From: Gordius albopunctatus
Lineage: Eukaryota
DNA length: 64,000 bases
Direction of reading: 5' to 3'
Assembly (NCBI GenBank): GCA_964276515.1
Contig: OZ193909.1
Coordinates: 19,840,001-19,904,000 of the forward strand
Each line of letters opens with the position of its first letter. Within the stretch, counting starts at the first letter, position 1. A program made the translations under genes and the position numbers. The notes under the pieces were generated by a model. It was given only the letters and a program-made list of their open reading frames with translations. It made no database searches and had not been told where the DNA came from. Positions 1-14,070 of the stretch are shown here, in pieces.

Positions 1-1160
1 AATTAATATTAATAACCAATTCCTGAATTTTATAGACAAATGTTAACGCATCAAAACTTTCAAGGGATAAAAATCCTAAAAAAATTCATTATGTTTCTCT
101 TTGGACGCTAAGTTGTTCTGTGCATCTCACACCTCTAATTTCATCTAAAATTATCAAATAAAATTTTGATTCATTTAACTTTGACAGAATATTTTTAAGG
201 TTCATTTAGCCGTTAAATAAATTTAAGTTCATTTTAATTTCTAGGTGATGTAAAGGGGGGAGGGGGTTGTACAAATATATCTATAATATCAGGGGCAATA
301 ACTTCTAAATACTCATTCTTGAACGAATTTTAATTTCATAATTATTTTTTTTAATTTTATGTTATAATTACGCCTTTTGAGCATCACCTTAAAAAAGGAT
401 TTTAAATGTTCTCATTGTTCTCTTGATATAAATGCTGCCTGAAAATGCTGCCAATATTGTATATGTAAAATTAAAATTTGTTATATATATGGACAAGATT
501 TTTGGGGTTGTGGCAATCATTTTTATAAAAACTTTGTTATATAGTTTTTTAACTATTTGCATTATTTTTTAAAATACCAACCATTTCTCATCAATATCCC
601 CGTTCCACTTTTACCCTTACAATCATTTATACAAAATTTATTATACCATGTGAAATTTTCTATCTTGTTTCAACTACATCTCTTTGTTTTATTTATGAAT
701 ACATTTTATATCTTATATGCTCTATAAACATGAGAGGACATATTAGTGTGATGTTATTAGAAAAAATAGACAAAGTAGTAGCGGAATTTTAAGTTTGTCC
801 AACGTTCATGAGAGAAAATTTTTTTAATTGCATTTGACCCATGGTCGTATTTAGGTTTTGGATTGGGGGGGGGGGGCAAAACATAAATATTTTTTATTCT
901 TAAAGGTGGGCGTAGGAAATTTTTTTGTCCCCCCCCCTATTTGACCAGCTCAGCCCCCCCCCCCCAAGGTAAAAAGGCTAGCTACGCCACTGATAATTAC
1001 ACATTAATTTATTTAATTCTTTATTGACTTTAAAATGATACCAAACAACAGACTTTTAACTTCTTTAGCACCTAAATTTAACAATATAGAAAAAAAATTA
1101 TGTTGTGTATATAAGAATGTAGGATATAAGATTTAATCATCTTAAAATAAATTCAAATAG

Positions 1161-2548
1161 ATATTAATTGCTATGCAATTTATGGGCTCACTTTCCATTT
1201 TCCGATGTCACGCCGAACGTGTAATGTCACACACCGAATGTCTTGTCCCGTTGTTTATTTTTTGTTCGTATTAATTTAACTGGTACGAATCCCGAGGAGG
1301 CCAAAATTTTTTTTATCTTTTTTTAATTAAAATATTTTTGTTCTTGTTACTACCCTTGATAATATGCCTTTTTGGCAGCCCGCTGGCTGCTGACCAATGA
1401 AAAAATGGACCTTTGGCCAAAATGTGAATCGAAGTTTTTTTCCGTTTTTTACTCTTATGATTGTTCTTGTTAATACCGTTGATAATATGGCTTTTTGGCC
1501 GTCCGCTGGCTGCTGACAATGGAAAAAAATAACCAATGACCAAAGTGTGAATCGAACTTTTTTTTGTTTTTTTGGCTAATATTGATAATTACCCTTTGCC
1601 CCCCTTACAAGGGCCTATACCTCTACTTATATGGGTCCCTGTGCCCCTCCCCCCCCCCCACAAAGGCTTATGGCTCTCCTAATGTGGGTTCGAATCCCGG
1701 AGATGCCAAATTATTTTATTTTTTTTTTATTAATATATTACTCTTGTTACTACCATTGATAATATGCCTTTTTGGCAGCCCGCTGGCTGCTGACCAATGG
1801 AAAAGAATGACCATTGGCCAAATTGTGAAACAAATTTTTTTTCGTTCTTTTTGACTCCTATGTATTAATAGACTACTTTTGGTACTGACCAATGAAAAAA
1901 ATGAGCATTGGCCAAATTGTGAAACAAATTTTTTTTCGTTTTTTTTACTCTTATGTATTTATATCAACTTTTAACGTCTCCTGACTGCTGATCAATGGAA
2001 AAAATGACCATTGGCCAAAGTGTGAATCGAAATTTTTTTTATAGATCGTCTCTTGGTACTGATCAATGGAACAATTTAGCACGTGTAAATTTTTTGAGAT
2101 AGCCTTATGATATCTGTGACATTTTTAGATGCGCGGTCGTAACAGGCAATAGCGGAGTATCCTTAACCCAAAGATATTCCTATTCTCCCTTAATATTAAT
2201 AAAACAATTACCCAGAATTCTGTACACGGTCTTGGATTAATTTAAACCGACCATGAGCTGGCTTCTTAGATTTTTTTGAATTTTTAATAGATATAGATTC
2301 TTAGTATTTAAAACACAATATTTTTATTGACAAAATATAATTAAATGGCCCTAATCCGTATATGGAAATGGTGTTAATATTAATTGCTACGAAATTTATG
2401 GTTTAATTATTACAGGGTTAAACTAGGCAATATGTAAAACTTTATAGCTAAAAACCTGATTCAAGTCGTGCATGAATATTAGCTTTTGTCAGTTATATTA
2501 ATTGCTATGCAAGCATCACGATTCCTACATAAATTGCATAGCAAATAA
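1161..2548 (-). mobile_element. Non-autonomous element with subterminal inverted repeats and an internal ~120-bp tandem array (HINE/DINE-1-like architecture)
   Basis: TATTAATTGCTATGCAATTTATG at ~1161 is inverted relative to CATAAATTGCATAGCAA at ~2528, and a short local inverted repeat lies at ~2496-2545. Degenerate units containing GCTGCTGACCAATGGAAAAAATGACCATTGGCCAAA repeat between ~1320 and 2070. B-box-like GGTTCGAATCCC occurs at ~1687 and in degenerate form at ~1282. Confidence 0.5.
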
Positions 2549-2559
2549 GCTTTGTTTAT

Positions 2560-4200
2560 AAGAAGTATAAAAGAGTATTGATGTGTATGAGGATTTTAAT
2601 GGAGTTGAGCGAGAATAGGACGAGGTCGTTAATCAGTTTTTTAAAAGATACGGAGGAAGATATAAAAGGGGCCTAGGATATTGCAGTTGGTGGTGAATAC
2701 CTAGACCACCGAATTTTGTGGGAAAAGTGGCTTGAATACAAGTATTTTTGTTAAAAGATATATTTAAAATCGATACGAGCGTGGATTTAAAAATGCTTTA
2801 ATAATTGTGTAAATCATCTTTAAATAACAGAGGTGAATAAAAGTTTGCTTATGTTTTAATGATTTTTAATTATATAGAACGAATGATGAGCGGGCATAGA
2901 TTTAAAAATTTCTCATTTGGTTTTTGGACTCGAAAGGTTTTCACTTAAAAAGTTTTTAAAGCACTCGGGTCGCCCAATAGGTGCCCCTAAATCATACATA
3001 TTATCTTTATAATTTGGATAAAATTAAAAATCTTCGGGTGAATATTATCCAAGTCAGAATAAATTTCTCTTTTTGAGGCTTTTAAAGATAAGTGTAAAGT
3101 GGGGGAAAAGGCATGGATTACATCTAATTCTTGGACTATAGGTTTTCGAGAGTGCCGACACAGACATTAAGGGTGAGTTAAAAGAGTTTGTTAATTTCTT
3201 TAATTAGGTGATTTATAGCCAAACAGAATAAAGGTGGGCCTAGAAGGGCGCCTTGTTGAATTCCCTCGGCGGAATCTAGGAAGAATTCTCCAAATTTAAA
3301 AATCGAAGGGCATCCGTAATTAGAATGATGTTGTTAGTGTACATAGCTTGATAAAATCCTTTATGAAAGCTGTGCGGCGAATGCTATTAAGAGCATTATT
3401 AAAATCCTGTTTTAAAAAGGAGTCACCCAGAGGGAGGTGTCCTAGGGCTACGTGCATGAGTAGCTATATCGCACGCTCATTTGAGCCCAAAGCCTAGTTG
3501 ATGCGGATTTAAATTCGGGGTAAATATGGGTTCGATGGAAGAACAAATTAATTTAGAAATAATTCTTTGGAAGACACCGCTGATTTTATAGCAAAAATCA
3601 TAGCTCCAAATGGGTGATATATCTTTAGGTATACACATGGGCATAGTCAAAGGGGAGGGGGGGGGCTGCCCCCCTCTAAATCTAAAATTTATTAAAATTA
3701 TGGCTAAAATTTGAATAATTATTATTTTTCCCCTCCCTAAATCATTATTGCCCCCCCTAACTCCAATGCTAGCTACGCCGATGGGTATACACCCATTAGC
3801 TAAAAGGTTACAAAATTTGGTGAGTAAGTCTAATAAAATGGAGGAGTTATTATTAATAATTGTTAAGAGATCTTTAAAAAATTGGTTTTATGCCACCGAG
3901 ACCACCTGCTGAATCCATAGGAAGGATGAGATGGCATCTCGAATGTTTGATGAATTAAAATCAATATCTTAAGATTGCGAAGGCGATAGGTAAGTTGAAG
4001 ATAGGCTCTGAGGATGCTTGAGAACCATTTCTTCTTATGAATTTCGTAAAGGACTCAAAAATGAATTATCTTCTGCAAAGTATTGCACTTTTGAATGGGT
4101 GATTAGCTTTTTGTTCAGGGGTTACTATTCTGAATTCCTTTCTATCTATGTTATATGCTGAAGGGTTTTTTTGACTGTCAAAGTTTAAGACTCATTGTTT
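2560..4200 (-). mobile_element. Degraded CRE-like non-LTR retrotransposon RT (copy 1)
   Basis: Manual minus-strand translation gives SAGGLGGIKP, PHQLGFGLK*ACDIATHA, KQDFNNALNSIRR and GIQQGALLGPPLFCLAI, with stops and frameshifts. A MITE interrupts it at 3636-3783. Confidence 0.75.
3636..3783. mobile_element. hAT-type MITE (CATGGGCGTAG family)
   Basis: Ends CATGGGCATAG...CTACGCCGATG; 8-bp TSD GGTATACA at 3628-3635 and 3784-3791. Confidence 0.85.
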
Positions 4201-4214
4201 ATAATTATGAATTT

Positions 4215-7200
4215 CACTCTGCTGCAGGTTTGGATGGTATCAAACCAGTTTATCTTTAAGATCTTATTAAATTGAGAATATCGATTCTTAAATTCTACTC
4301 GCTGCACTAACTAAATTTTTCAATTTAATTATTAATGGGAAGTTCTACCCTACCAATTATCTTGGGGGTCAAGTTACTTGCTATTCAAAACAGAACAAAA
4401 CTTTAAGACCGATGGCCATCGGCGGAGATTTTTTGAGGATCATATCTAAAGTTATATGCAAATCAATCTAGCATAATTCCCATCTTTAATGCCGCCTCAG
4501 CTAGGATTCTCCCTTAAAGGGCGATGCGAAATAGCTACGCATGCTGCTAGATTGACCCATGAAAATCTACTGCCAAGCGTGTCCTTCATAAAATTAGACT
4601 TTCAAAACGCTTTTAACAACCTAAATCAAGATTCCTTTATAAATACTTTCATTGATGCTTTTCCTCAATGTGCGATCTATATTCTTTTAAGTTATGGCAC
4701 CCCGTCTCTTTTAAAATTTGGACAATCTTTATTAATTCACCTGAGGAGACACAACAGGGGGACCCCCTTGGTCCCCCTTTATTTTATATGGCCATTAAAC
4801 CACTAATAGAAGAAATCAAGGATAATTGCAATTTGAGGTAAAACGTATGGTACCTCGACGATTTGACCCTATCAGGCATCCCGGAAGTGCTTGTCAAAGC
4901 TCTTAACATCATTAATGAACATTACATAAAACTTAACCTATAATTAAGCGCGGCAAAATGCGAAATTCGTCCTGGCATTACAACTGATATCCACTCATCC
5001 TTTGCTTTTTTTCTACGCCTTGAAAAGGACGAGGTTTTTACTAGGTTTGCCAATAGGCGGCCCAGAATTCTTAAGAAGGTATCTCGACAATAACTTCAAA
5101 AATCTAAAATGTAGAAATGAAATCTTTAAGCTTATTCTCGCCCATCATGCTATTTATATATTAAAAAACTATTATATATGTAAAAAAAATACTTTTATAT
5201 TGCGAAACTATTATTTTGCTTCTTATGCTTCTTTTGCACAAGCGCATTTTTGCATACACAAATCTTACATAATTTCGAAACACACATAAAATCTTTTATC
5301 GAATACACCCTCAACTTATCATTCGATACTAACACTTGACTACAAGCCACATGGTCAACAAAATCTGGAGGCCTAGGAATTCGTTAAACCAGCTCCTTAT
5401 TACTGGTCTCATTTATATCCTCCCACTTATCCTCAAAATCTATCGTGGCTAAATTAATCCCATACTCCCTCGGTTAAACATTTTTACAGGCCCCATCCCT
5501 TTGGAGTTTAGATGTTATACCAGAAACCTCGTCTCCACAAACACCAAATCAAAATGATCGGGATGCTTGTTTGGTTTCGTGCTCCGACGCTTATCTCCTT
5601 TTGATCTGCGATAAAAAACAATACAACCTTAGATCTTTGGTGTTTGATAAATCTGAACATAAATGGCTTGCAAATTTTCCTAGCAAGTTCTCTAATATGA
5701 TATAGAGAATTGTGAGCTATCCTACAATATAGCACCAAGCCTTGGAATAAAATACACCAAATCATATGCCTGTAAAAATTGCAACCTGCCAGTTAATGAA
5801 CAAGCACGCCACCCAATACACTGCAGACTGAATAAATTATAGCCCTTGCGACACTCTAAAATTAATTTTATTATCCAGTCAGCTCTTAAAAAGGCCACAA
5901 TCCCATCGATACTTGAACCTTCGAATCCTTCCCTTGAAGGTTGAATGCGTCCTGACGGTTCCTCACTAGTTCCATGGGAGAACGGTCGTCTTTTAAAATG
6001 GGATTTTACATGCATTGACTTATTTAACCCCTCTAATCTTAATTATGACCAGAGCTGTTAAGAACTAGTTCATTTTGAACTAGTTCATAGAACTAGTTCA
6101 CCTTTTTCTGAACTTAGAACTGAACTAGTTACCTTCCCAAAAATTTGAACTGTGAACTTGAACTAGTTCATTTTTTTAAGATTGAACTTGAACTAATTAT
6201 TTTTTTTCTAATTCTGAACTTGAACTTGAACTATACAATGTAATTGAACTAGTTCATCACAAATATATTATTTAAAATAAATTTATAAGCCGAGTGTGTT
6301 TGCATCAACAATTTGACGTGCATTGTCTTTTCGGTAATCATACACACACACAGTAACCGCGAATTTTTGATTTTAAAAACACAGAAATTTTTAGAAAAGA
6401 TGGATACCCTTAGGGATTCGGGTATTTGCTCTGAAGTAGATAATAGGAACGAGGCAGCTCAATCTACCTTTTTACCTTGGCCTTCAATGGAAGTATACTT
6501 CAAATATGTATCTTCAGATAAAGATTCATTCAAAGTTAAGTGCAAACTATGCACTAAAGTTGTGGCGGCTTCAAGAACCTCAATAGCCAATTTATGGAGA
6601 CATATAAAGGTAATAAGAATAACTTATTATAATTTATAATATAAAATCTAGGTGTCTCACTTTCAAAAACATGATGAGATTAAGAAGGCTGTCAAGAATA
6701 AGGCTGGAAAAAGTTGTGAAGCTAACAAAAAGTTAACACAGGCATTTAATGTTTGCCTTCCATCTAGTGCTCCAGTTGAAAGGCTTTTAAGTCTGGGAAA
6801 GCTTATATTTGGAGATAAACGTACTTGTTTATTAAACGATAATTTTGAGAACAATATTTTATTAAAGTCCAATTCACATCTACTTTCACATGATTTTTAT
6901 TGTATATTATAATTGTATATTGTTTGTAATAAAGATTTTAAACATTGTATAGTTGATGATTTTGTTATATATGAATATTTCCTTAAATTAGATTTTCAAA
7001 TATATAATAAAATAAACTATGAAATTTATTTAAAATTTTGGATAGCTCTCAACAAAAACTGATTTTAATTTAGGAATCATTTCCTAAATTGGATTAGATT
7101 TAAACTTTATCATATTTAAAAAAATGAACTGAACTTTGAACTGAACTTTAACTAGTTATTTTTGTAAAATTGAACTATTAACTTGAACTAGTTACATTTT

Positions 7201-7560
7201 TTCCTACATGAGCTTGAACTTGAACTGGTTACTTTTGAAAAAAAAATGAACTTGAACTTGAACTAATGATTTTTTCAAATTGAACTATGAACTTGAACTA
7301 GTTCGTATCATAGATGAACTTTAACAGCTCTGATTATGACTCCATGGCCCTCGCTGAAGAACGCAAGCTGCAAAAATACAAGGCCCTTTTGGAGTCTAAT
7401 ATTTTTATCCCAATAGTTTCCTCCTGTTCAGGATCCTATAGAGAAATGGCGTTGGCTTTATTCAAAGAAATAGGCAGGCGATCTTCTTGCTCTAAATATT
7501 CCCCCGCATTTTTATTGAAACAATTAATAGCAATTTTAATCGCAATAATTGATTTCAATT
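4215..7560 (+). mobile_element. Degraded CRE-like non-LTR retrotransposon (RT plus restriction-like endonuclease), copy 2, split by a hAT insertion
   Basis: RT motifs SAAGLDGIKP, PPQLGF, KLDFQNAFN, QQGDPLGP and WYLDD. C-terminal RLE motif RPDGSSLVPWENGRLLKWDFTC continues after the insertion as AEERKLQKY...FIPI. Multiple stops and frameshifts. Confidence 0.85.
6050..7332 (+). mobile_element. Internally deleted hAT DNA transposon
   Basis: Perfect 12-bp TIRs CAGAGCTGTTAA/TTAACAGCTCTG; 8-bp TSD ATTATGAC at 6042-6049 and 7333-7340; GAACTAGTT/GAACTTGAACT subterminal arrays. A BED finger (CKLC...NLWRH) is joined to the C-terminal dimerisation motif (LPSSAPVERLLS) with the catalytic core missing. 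Confidence 0.93.
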
Positions 7561-9223
7561 TTTTGGGGGATTTATGGCCTATTTTAAAAGAGGAAAATGA
7601 ATACATTTTACTTTTCGTAAAATGTTTTTTAATATTATTATGAAACATTTGTAGTTTTTAATATTATGTTCAGATATATATCAATAAACTAAGTTTATCT
7701 CTTTACAAAAATTCTTTGCTCCGATTCATATCATTTATTTTCATTTGTAGTCGCGTAGGCTTGATGAGGTACTGGATTAGGAACATCTGTACCAGCAGTA
7801 GAGGTTGATGGTGGACATGTAATATTAATTTAATTTTAACAATTATTTTTATTTAAAGAGATAGTGGCATAAGGCTATTAAAAGGACCATTTATTAATTA
7901 ATTGAATTTTATCACGGGTCATGACATAGGCGGAGCCAGGATTGGATAAAGAGGGGGGGGGATATAATTAGGGGAGGGGAAAAATAATAATTTTCTCGAA
8001 TTTTGGCCACAAAAATATTAAATTTTAAAGAATTTCTGAATTTAGAGAGGGGCAGCCGCCCCTCCCTGCCACGCATGACTACGCCCAGGATCCTAAATAT
8101 CTATTAAAATGAACCCTGGTTTATTGTAAGATTCCTACTAATTAAATTTGTAGGGAACATGGCTTATTTCAAGTAAAATTAATGAGATCATATTACGTTA
8201 ATTATGCGTATAGAATAAGTGCATTGATATATAAAACAGGGATAAAAACATGTGTTACTGAATTTGTTGAGGGAACATTGCTTATTATGAACATGATTAA
8301 TAATATCATTATAAGTGTCACATTTATTATGGATAAAGATAAAAAGTAATTGCTTCATATTTTTATTATATGATATATAATATTACTCAAAAGACATATA
8401 TATAATATAAAACACATTACAGGCTTATAAATTAATTTTTATTCAATGATTTATGTATAAGTCTCATTATTAGGCTTGATTAAATGGTATACAAAAAATT
8501 ACATACACGACTAAAAAAATATAAAAACGCGCTATAACTAAACGGATGGCATTGATCCGTGTGCATGGAGATCGTGTTGGATTTAACGACGATTTCCATT
8601 GTGATCTTTTGCCTTTAATTAGTATTTTCAATCATTTAACTCAGAGTCATATTTTTGAACTTCTGATCGTTACTTTTACTATATTGTGCCGTTTAGGCTT
8701 AGTATAATCATAAATTATATTTCTAAACTTAATAAGTGGATAAATAAAATCTGCTACTCAGATGGCCGCCTCATTTGATTTGATTCTTTAAAATACTAAG
8801 GGACAATTAAAAGAGTCTGTATATAAGGCGGCGGCCTTTATATATATTTTGTTATTATCAACATTGATTTATTTTAGGTTTGAGATATTTTTAAACGAAC
8901 CCAGATGAAATTAAAAAAGGGGAAAAGGTGTTTAGTTAATCAATTATTGAGCTAAGTAAAGCGAAATTTTTATTTATTATTTCTAAAAATTCAATTGTTT
9001 TAGCTTTTTAAACAACCTTACATTATCAATCCTCTATTTGTATAGACTTTCATGATACAAAAATCTAAGTAAAATGTACTAGATGGTGTGTATCCGTGCA
9101 TTTTCATCGGCTAGAGCTCAGCCTTATACCGATGTTTTTTGTCTAAATTTGAAGCCCAATCCAATGAAAATTCTTTTCTTTATTATTTTATAAGCATGGT
9201 ACAACCCCCCCAATACTTATAAG

Positions 9224-9827
9224 CAGACTTGTTAAGGAGCGGCGCTCCAAAAAAAGCTGGAGCGCCCCTCCTTTTTGAAATTAAGGAGCGGGGGTGGGAG
9301 TAGCTCCTTTTAGGGCTGGAGCGGAGGAGCGCCGCTTCTCCGCTCCTTTAAATTTAATATATAAATTATATTATTTTTTAATTATTGATAATATTTGTTA
9401 ATTAAAATTTAATGGAAATATAATTTTATTTTATTTAAATTTATTCATTATTAAATGTTGAACCGAGTTTTATATTAATTTTTCATCTAATCATTTGAAT
9501 TTTTAGAAAGTCGATATCCTTTTTTTGCTCTCAGGTAAGTTTTGCATAGTCGCAGAAAACTTTTGGATAATTGAGACCCTTTTTTGCTCTCAGGAAAATT
9601 TTGGATAGTCAAAGAAAATTTTTGGATAGTCGAGACCTTTTTTAATATGGTTTTAATTATTTTTGAAAAATCAAATGAGCGGTTATGGAGCGTCACTCCA
9701 TTAGTTGGAGCGGGAGCGCTCCTTTTAATATGTAGTAGCAGGAGCGGGAGTTCGCTCCTTTTGAGAAGGTAGGAGCGGGAGCGGGAGCGGGAGTCGCTAC
9801 TTTTAAAAAGGAGCGTTAACAAGACTG
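9224..9827. mobile_element. hAT-type MITE with GGAGC subterminal repeats
   Basis: TIRs CAGACTTGTTAA / TTAACAAGACTG (1 mismatch); 8-bp TSD CTTATAAG at 9216-9223 and 9828-9835. Confidence 0.88.
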
Positions 9828-10807
9828 CTTATAAGAAATTGTGAAGACCACATTAAATAATATTAGGAAGTACTCAGTCAAGAAAGAAAATCCCGCACAC
9901 AACTAAATATCATGTTTGAGTAAAAAAGTGGCAATGCTTATTGTCAACCCTTGCTGATTAATTAGATTGAGCTGTATGCACTAATTATCCATCATTATAT
10001 ATTACATTAGGCATTTTTATTTACATTATTAACATTTTAATGTAAGCGAGATGATAAATAGATTGAATGCAAAAATTAAACTTGTTAAGTGAACTCAATA
10101 TTATAAAATTATTGAGAAAGTGTTTAATTGTTTAAATTTTTGTATTCAAAAATATGATGCTTGATATAGAGTGATAATTTTTTGATGAAATATGTAAAAA
10201 TATTTATTGCTTAAGTCGTTTTTCAGACATATGGGAGGCGGCTAAGGTATTATAGAATCCATTAAGTCCACGCTGTTAAAAATTAATTTGCAATAAAACT
10301 TATTTTGGGTTAATATGAGTGTCTTTCGTTTAGTTTGAAAGTTGGCTTTTGAAAGAATTTAACAAATATTCGTGGAGATCATATAGTTTCTTTACTCTAT
10401 ACTCTTTGTTATAGACAGATATTGTAGTTAAAGATTGCATAAGCCTTTATTATGTATATGTTTGGCCAAAAAAGATTTATTGCTTAACATTTAGCATAAT
10501 GAAACATATTGTGCTTGTCAAAGAGTAACCAATTTGGAAAGACTAAAACATTGGTAAGAGAATTTATGTTGACTACATTTTAACACCAATGTATCAATCA
10601 TCTATTTTGAAATCAATAATTTACTATAAGCCCATAAAAATTATATCACTTATAAAAGACCTTTTTCGTAGTTTTTAATATTATATATTCTTATGTCTTT
10701 ATAAATCTATACTATACCAATATATGGGTTTTTTAATCTTCGCACATATTATGTCATTAATGCTACACTTTAAACTATTTTAAAAATATTTATAAGTTTA
10801 TAACTTC

Positions 10808-11818
10808 ATGGCAAACCCGGAAGATTACTTATGGATTAACAAAATATTCTTAAGCATTATTATTATTTCAACTATTATTGGTACTGTGGGTAATACTTGT
10901 TTACTGCTGCTTATATGGAGTCTTAAAAAGCTTAGACAACAATCAGCCATGATTATCATATCCAACATTGCTCTCACTGACGTCATAGGAGGTCTTAGTA
11001 CAGGTATAGGTTATGTCTTTAAATACCATGAGTTAAATTTTGTTAAAAATCCTCTGTATTGCACTATCATGGGTATACTCACAGAAATCGCTTTTATGTC
11101 GCATTCCATACAATTATTGATATTAGCTTTAAATCGCTTCCTTAACGTTTGTTTTCCCTTTGGCATCATTAGCAAAAAAGTGACATCGAACAAATATACA
11201 TACATACAAATAGGGATCATTTGGACTGTAAGCGTTATAGTTCGAATCCTACAAAATAGTGTGGGTGGAATCGTGTATAACAATTTTTTTTCTATGTGTC
11301 TCCAAAATTATCATAATTTCAAACCGACTTTGTTCAAAGCCCATTTAATATGGCAATACACAAATACCTGTATAATCCTGTTGATATACCTAATTATAAT
11401 TCGATATATGCGAAAACAGAGAGAGTTTTTTGCCAACATTAAAACTAAGGCAACCGCACAACCTTCTATTACGTCAAATGATAACGGAATAAGTCAGCAG
11501 TCAAATATGTCAAAGGGTAATAAGTCTGTGCCACCTAATCTTGGTCGCAATCTAATTTCTACCAGAAAGGCTCGTGAAAACGATTTATCCCAATACTCTA
11601 TGTTTATATTTGCCATTTATTTAATTGAAACTGTATCATTTAATTTTTCAAACAAAACCTTTAGCTCAGATCCTTTAAAACAAAAAATACTTATCAACAT
11701 CATGTCTTTACTTCTTTATTTCACATTTACCTTAAACCCTCTTATTTCCTTCGTGTTTACAAAGATTTTCAAACAAGAAGCTATAAACATTATAAAAATG
11801 CACACGTTTTTCAAATAA
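10808..11818 (+). CDS. Intronless rhodopsin-class (7TM) orphan GPCR, 336 aa
   Basis: Intact ORF with seven hydrophobic segments: GN in TM1, NIALTD in TM2, Cys at the top of TM3, NRF at the DRY position, W in TM4, NPLI in TM7 and an FK helix 8. Confidence 0.92.
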   Translation: MANPEDYLWINKIFLSIIIISTIIGTVGNTCLLLLIWSLKKLRQQSAMIIISNIALTDVIGGLSTGIGYVFKYHELNFVKNPLYCTIMGILTEIAFMSHSIQLLILALNRFLNVCFPFGIISKKVTSNKYTYIQIGIIWTVSVIVRILQNSVGGIVYNNFFSMCLQNYHNFKPTLFKAHLIWQYTNTCIILLIYLIIIRYMRKQREFFANIKTKATAQPSITSNDNGISQQSNMSKGNKSVPPNLGRNLISTRKARENDLSQYSMFIFAIYLIETVSFNFSNKTFSSDPLKQKILINIMSLLLYFTFTLNPLISFVFTKIFKQEAINIIKMHTFFK

Positions 11819-12904
11819 ACGTTACTCAAAATCTTTAAAGGCACCCTATAACTTGGTTTTTAATGAGCGGGCATAATTAGTTTTTAAATGTACATTTTCA
11901 TCCTACAAATAAATATTTAACGCCGTTAATTAACTACTAATATTTTTATAAATAAATCTAAATTGTTAAATATATCAAGTATCCAAATTTAAAAAAAAAC
12001 ATGTATGTAACATTTATTAAAGTACCTAAGAATTGTATAATTTTTTATTTATACATTTTTCCTATAATTTACTTAACAATAGCATAGTAATTACTTATTC
12101 TCAAATTAATTTCATATCAGAGGACTTGTTCTAACTTTATTTTTTTATTATATTATAATTCTTTTCCTTATAATAGACATCTTACCTTGGTTGCCCTTAC
12201 TACATCTGCACTTATACGACTTAATATTGATGTCCCCATTAAACTATTTACCTATTTAAACATACAACATTAATTTATTTACTGTGCGATACATTTATGT
12301 TCATAAAATTCAAATTAATGTTTATTGTTTGGCAAATATTTCTTTAACTGAAGATCGCTTTATAAATTAAATATTCGTCTTTAGGTGTTTAATTATAATG
12401 CACTTACATCAGTAGCATGGCGTGTCTTAAAATATAGATTTAAAGGTAGATAAAACTAAATTAAAACAACGGGTTTAATAATATAAGGATTTTAATACAA
12501 TGGCTTAAATCACTAGGGCTTATGTTTGAAAGCTGCCTCCCTCCTCACAAAGTAATAAATATTTAATGAAAATGGATAAATGATAACAAGCTTGAGAAAA
12601 TTTTTCAAATATTTTTTAACAAAGATGATTGCCCGCTTTAGTAGATTTAGAAACATTAATGCTTTTAATTTGATAGTGTCCATTTTTTGAGAAATAAAGA
12701 CACTTTAAAAACTCACAGCCTAGAAAATCTACTAGCTAGTAAGCTAATATAAAGAAGTTTTTAGAAATAAACCTTATAAATTAATTAATTACATTACTAT
12801 TTTCACGTTAATGCTCTAATTAATAAACTTAAAACTATGCCAATTCGCCGATTTTTTGAAAGAAATGTACATTCTAAATTTATTAGGGTTAGTTAGATGT
12901 TAAA

Positions 12905-14070
12905 CTCTTCTTCTTTATCTTGTAATAGGTCCCACAGCCATCGGTTTTTTATGAGTTTCTTCCATCTTGATTGGGTAAGTGCCATGTCTTTATTAATCTT
13001 CTTAAATTTTATAACTTTGCCGACTTGCCCTTTCCGACGCGAGGTCGTCCTCCTCTTCTCTTCCCCGGTACCTCCATGTTTAGTGCTTTTTGATTTGCAT
13101 CATTCGCCTCTCTTCTCAGTATATGCCTATAACACCTTAGCCGATTTCGTTAATCATGTCCACCACACGTTTAATACCCATTTTTGTTATGAGAAAGTCA
13201 TTCCTCATATGGTCGAGTTTATTATACCCCGAACTCCCATCATTCTCATCTCCGTCGCTTGTAATAGCTTTTCTTACATGGTTCTTAGTGCCCATGTTTC
13301 ACTTCTATAGAGTAACATGAGTCTTACGATGGATTGTAAGCTTTTCTCTTCAACCATATTGGCATTTTAATATCTGAATTTAAACTAGATATACTTCGCC
13401 ATTTTAGCCATCCTTTTTTAATCCGGGAATTGACATCTGTTGCCCAACCTCCCTCTTGATGAAACATCGATATTTAAATCTGTCTTATTTTGGATACTTC
13501 CGATGGTCTTCTAGTGATGGACTGCTTGTAACGTTCATCTCCAAGTACACCATTTTTCGATCATTGACCTCTAAACAATATCCAACTAAGTTTTAAGGAC
13601 TTTTCGGCTTCTTCGAATATTTTCTCCTTTGTCTCTTGGCATAATACTATATCATCGGCATATAGCATACACCATGGCGATTGCTTTTGAATGTCTCTCG
13701 TTATTGTGTTCATAATTATATTAAATAAAAAGTGACTTATAGCATATTGATGATCCAATTTTAACCCGAAAAGGTTTATAGTCTCCAGCTGTCGTCCTAA
13801 CGCATAAATTTGAGGCTTCATAAATATTTTTCATAAGCCGCATATATGAGTCAGGAATATTTTGTTTCTTCAGGCACCACCATATTAAGTGGCGGGGGAC
13901 CGTGTCATAAGCTTTCTCCAAGTCGATAAAAACCATATGTGGTCTCCTCTTTTTTCACCGTATTTATCCATCATTTGTCTTAGTGAGAAGATTGGGCTTT
14001 AGCCAGCCAAAAATCGGAATTGATTAGCTGATATTTCGAACATTGTTTTTCAGCCTTGTTATTAAGATCC
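12905..14070 (-). mobile_element. 5'-truncated RTE-clade LINE (RT remnant)
   Basis: Frameshifted pieces VFIDLEKAYDTVPR and PWCMLYADDIVL. A related 3' fragment (TCTTCCCCGGTACCTCCATGTT) recurs at ~54315-54395. Confidence 0.85.

Noticed and set aside
1313..2070. Repeat array as a CRISPR array, and its short ORFs as genes
   Set aside because: The units are degenerate along their whole length, with no unique spacers and no cas genes in a eukaryotic context; the ORFs merely translate the repeat.
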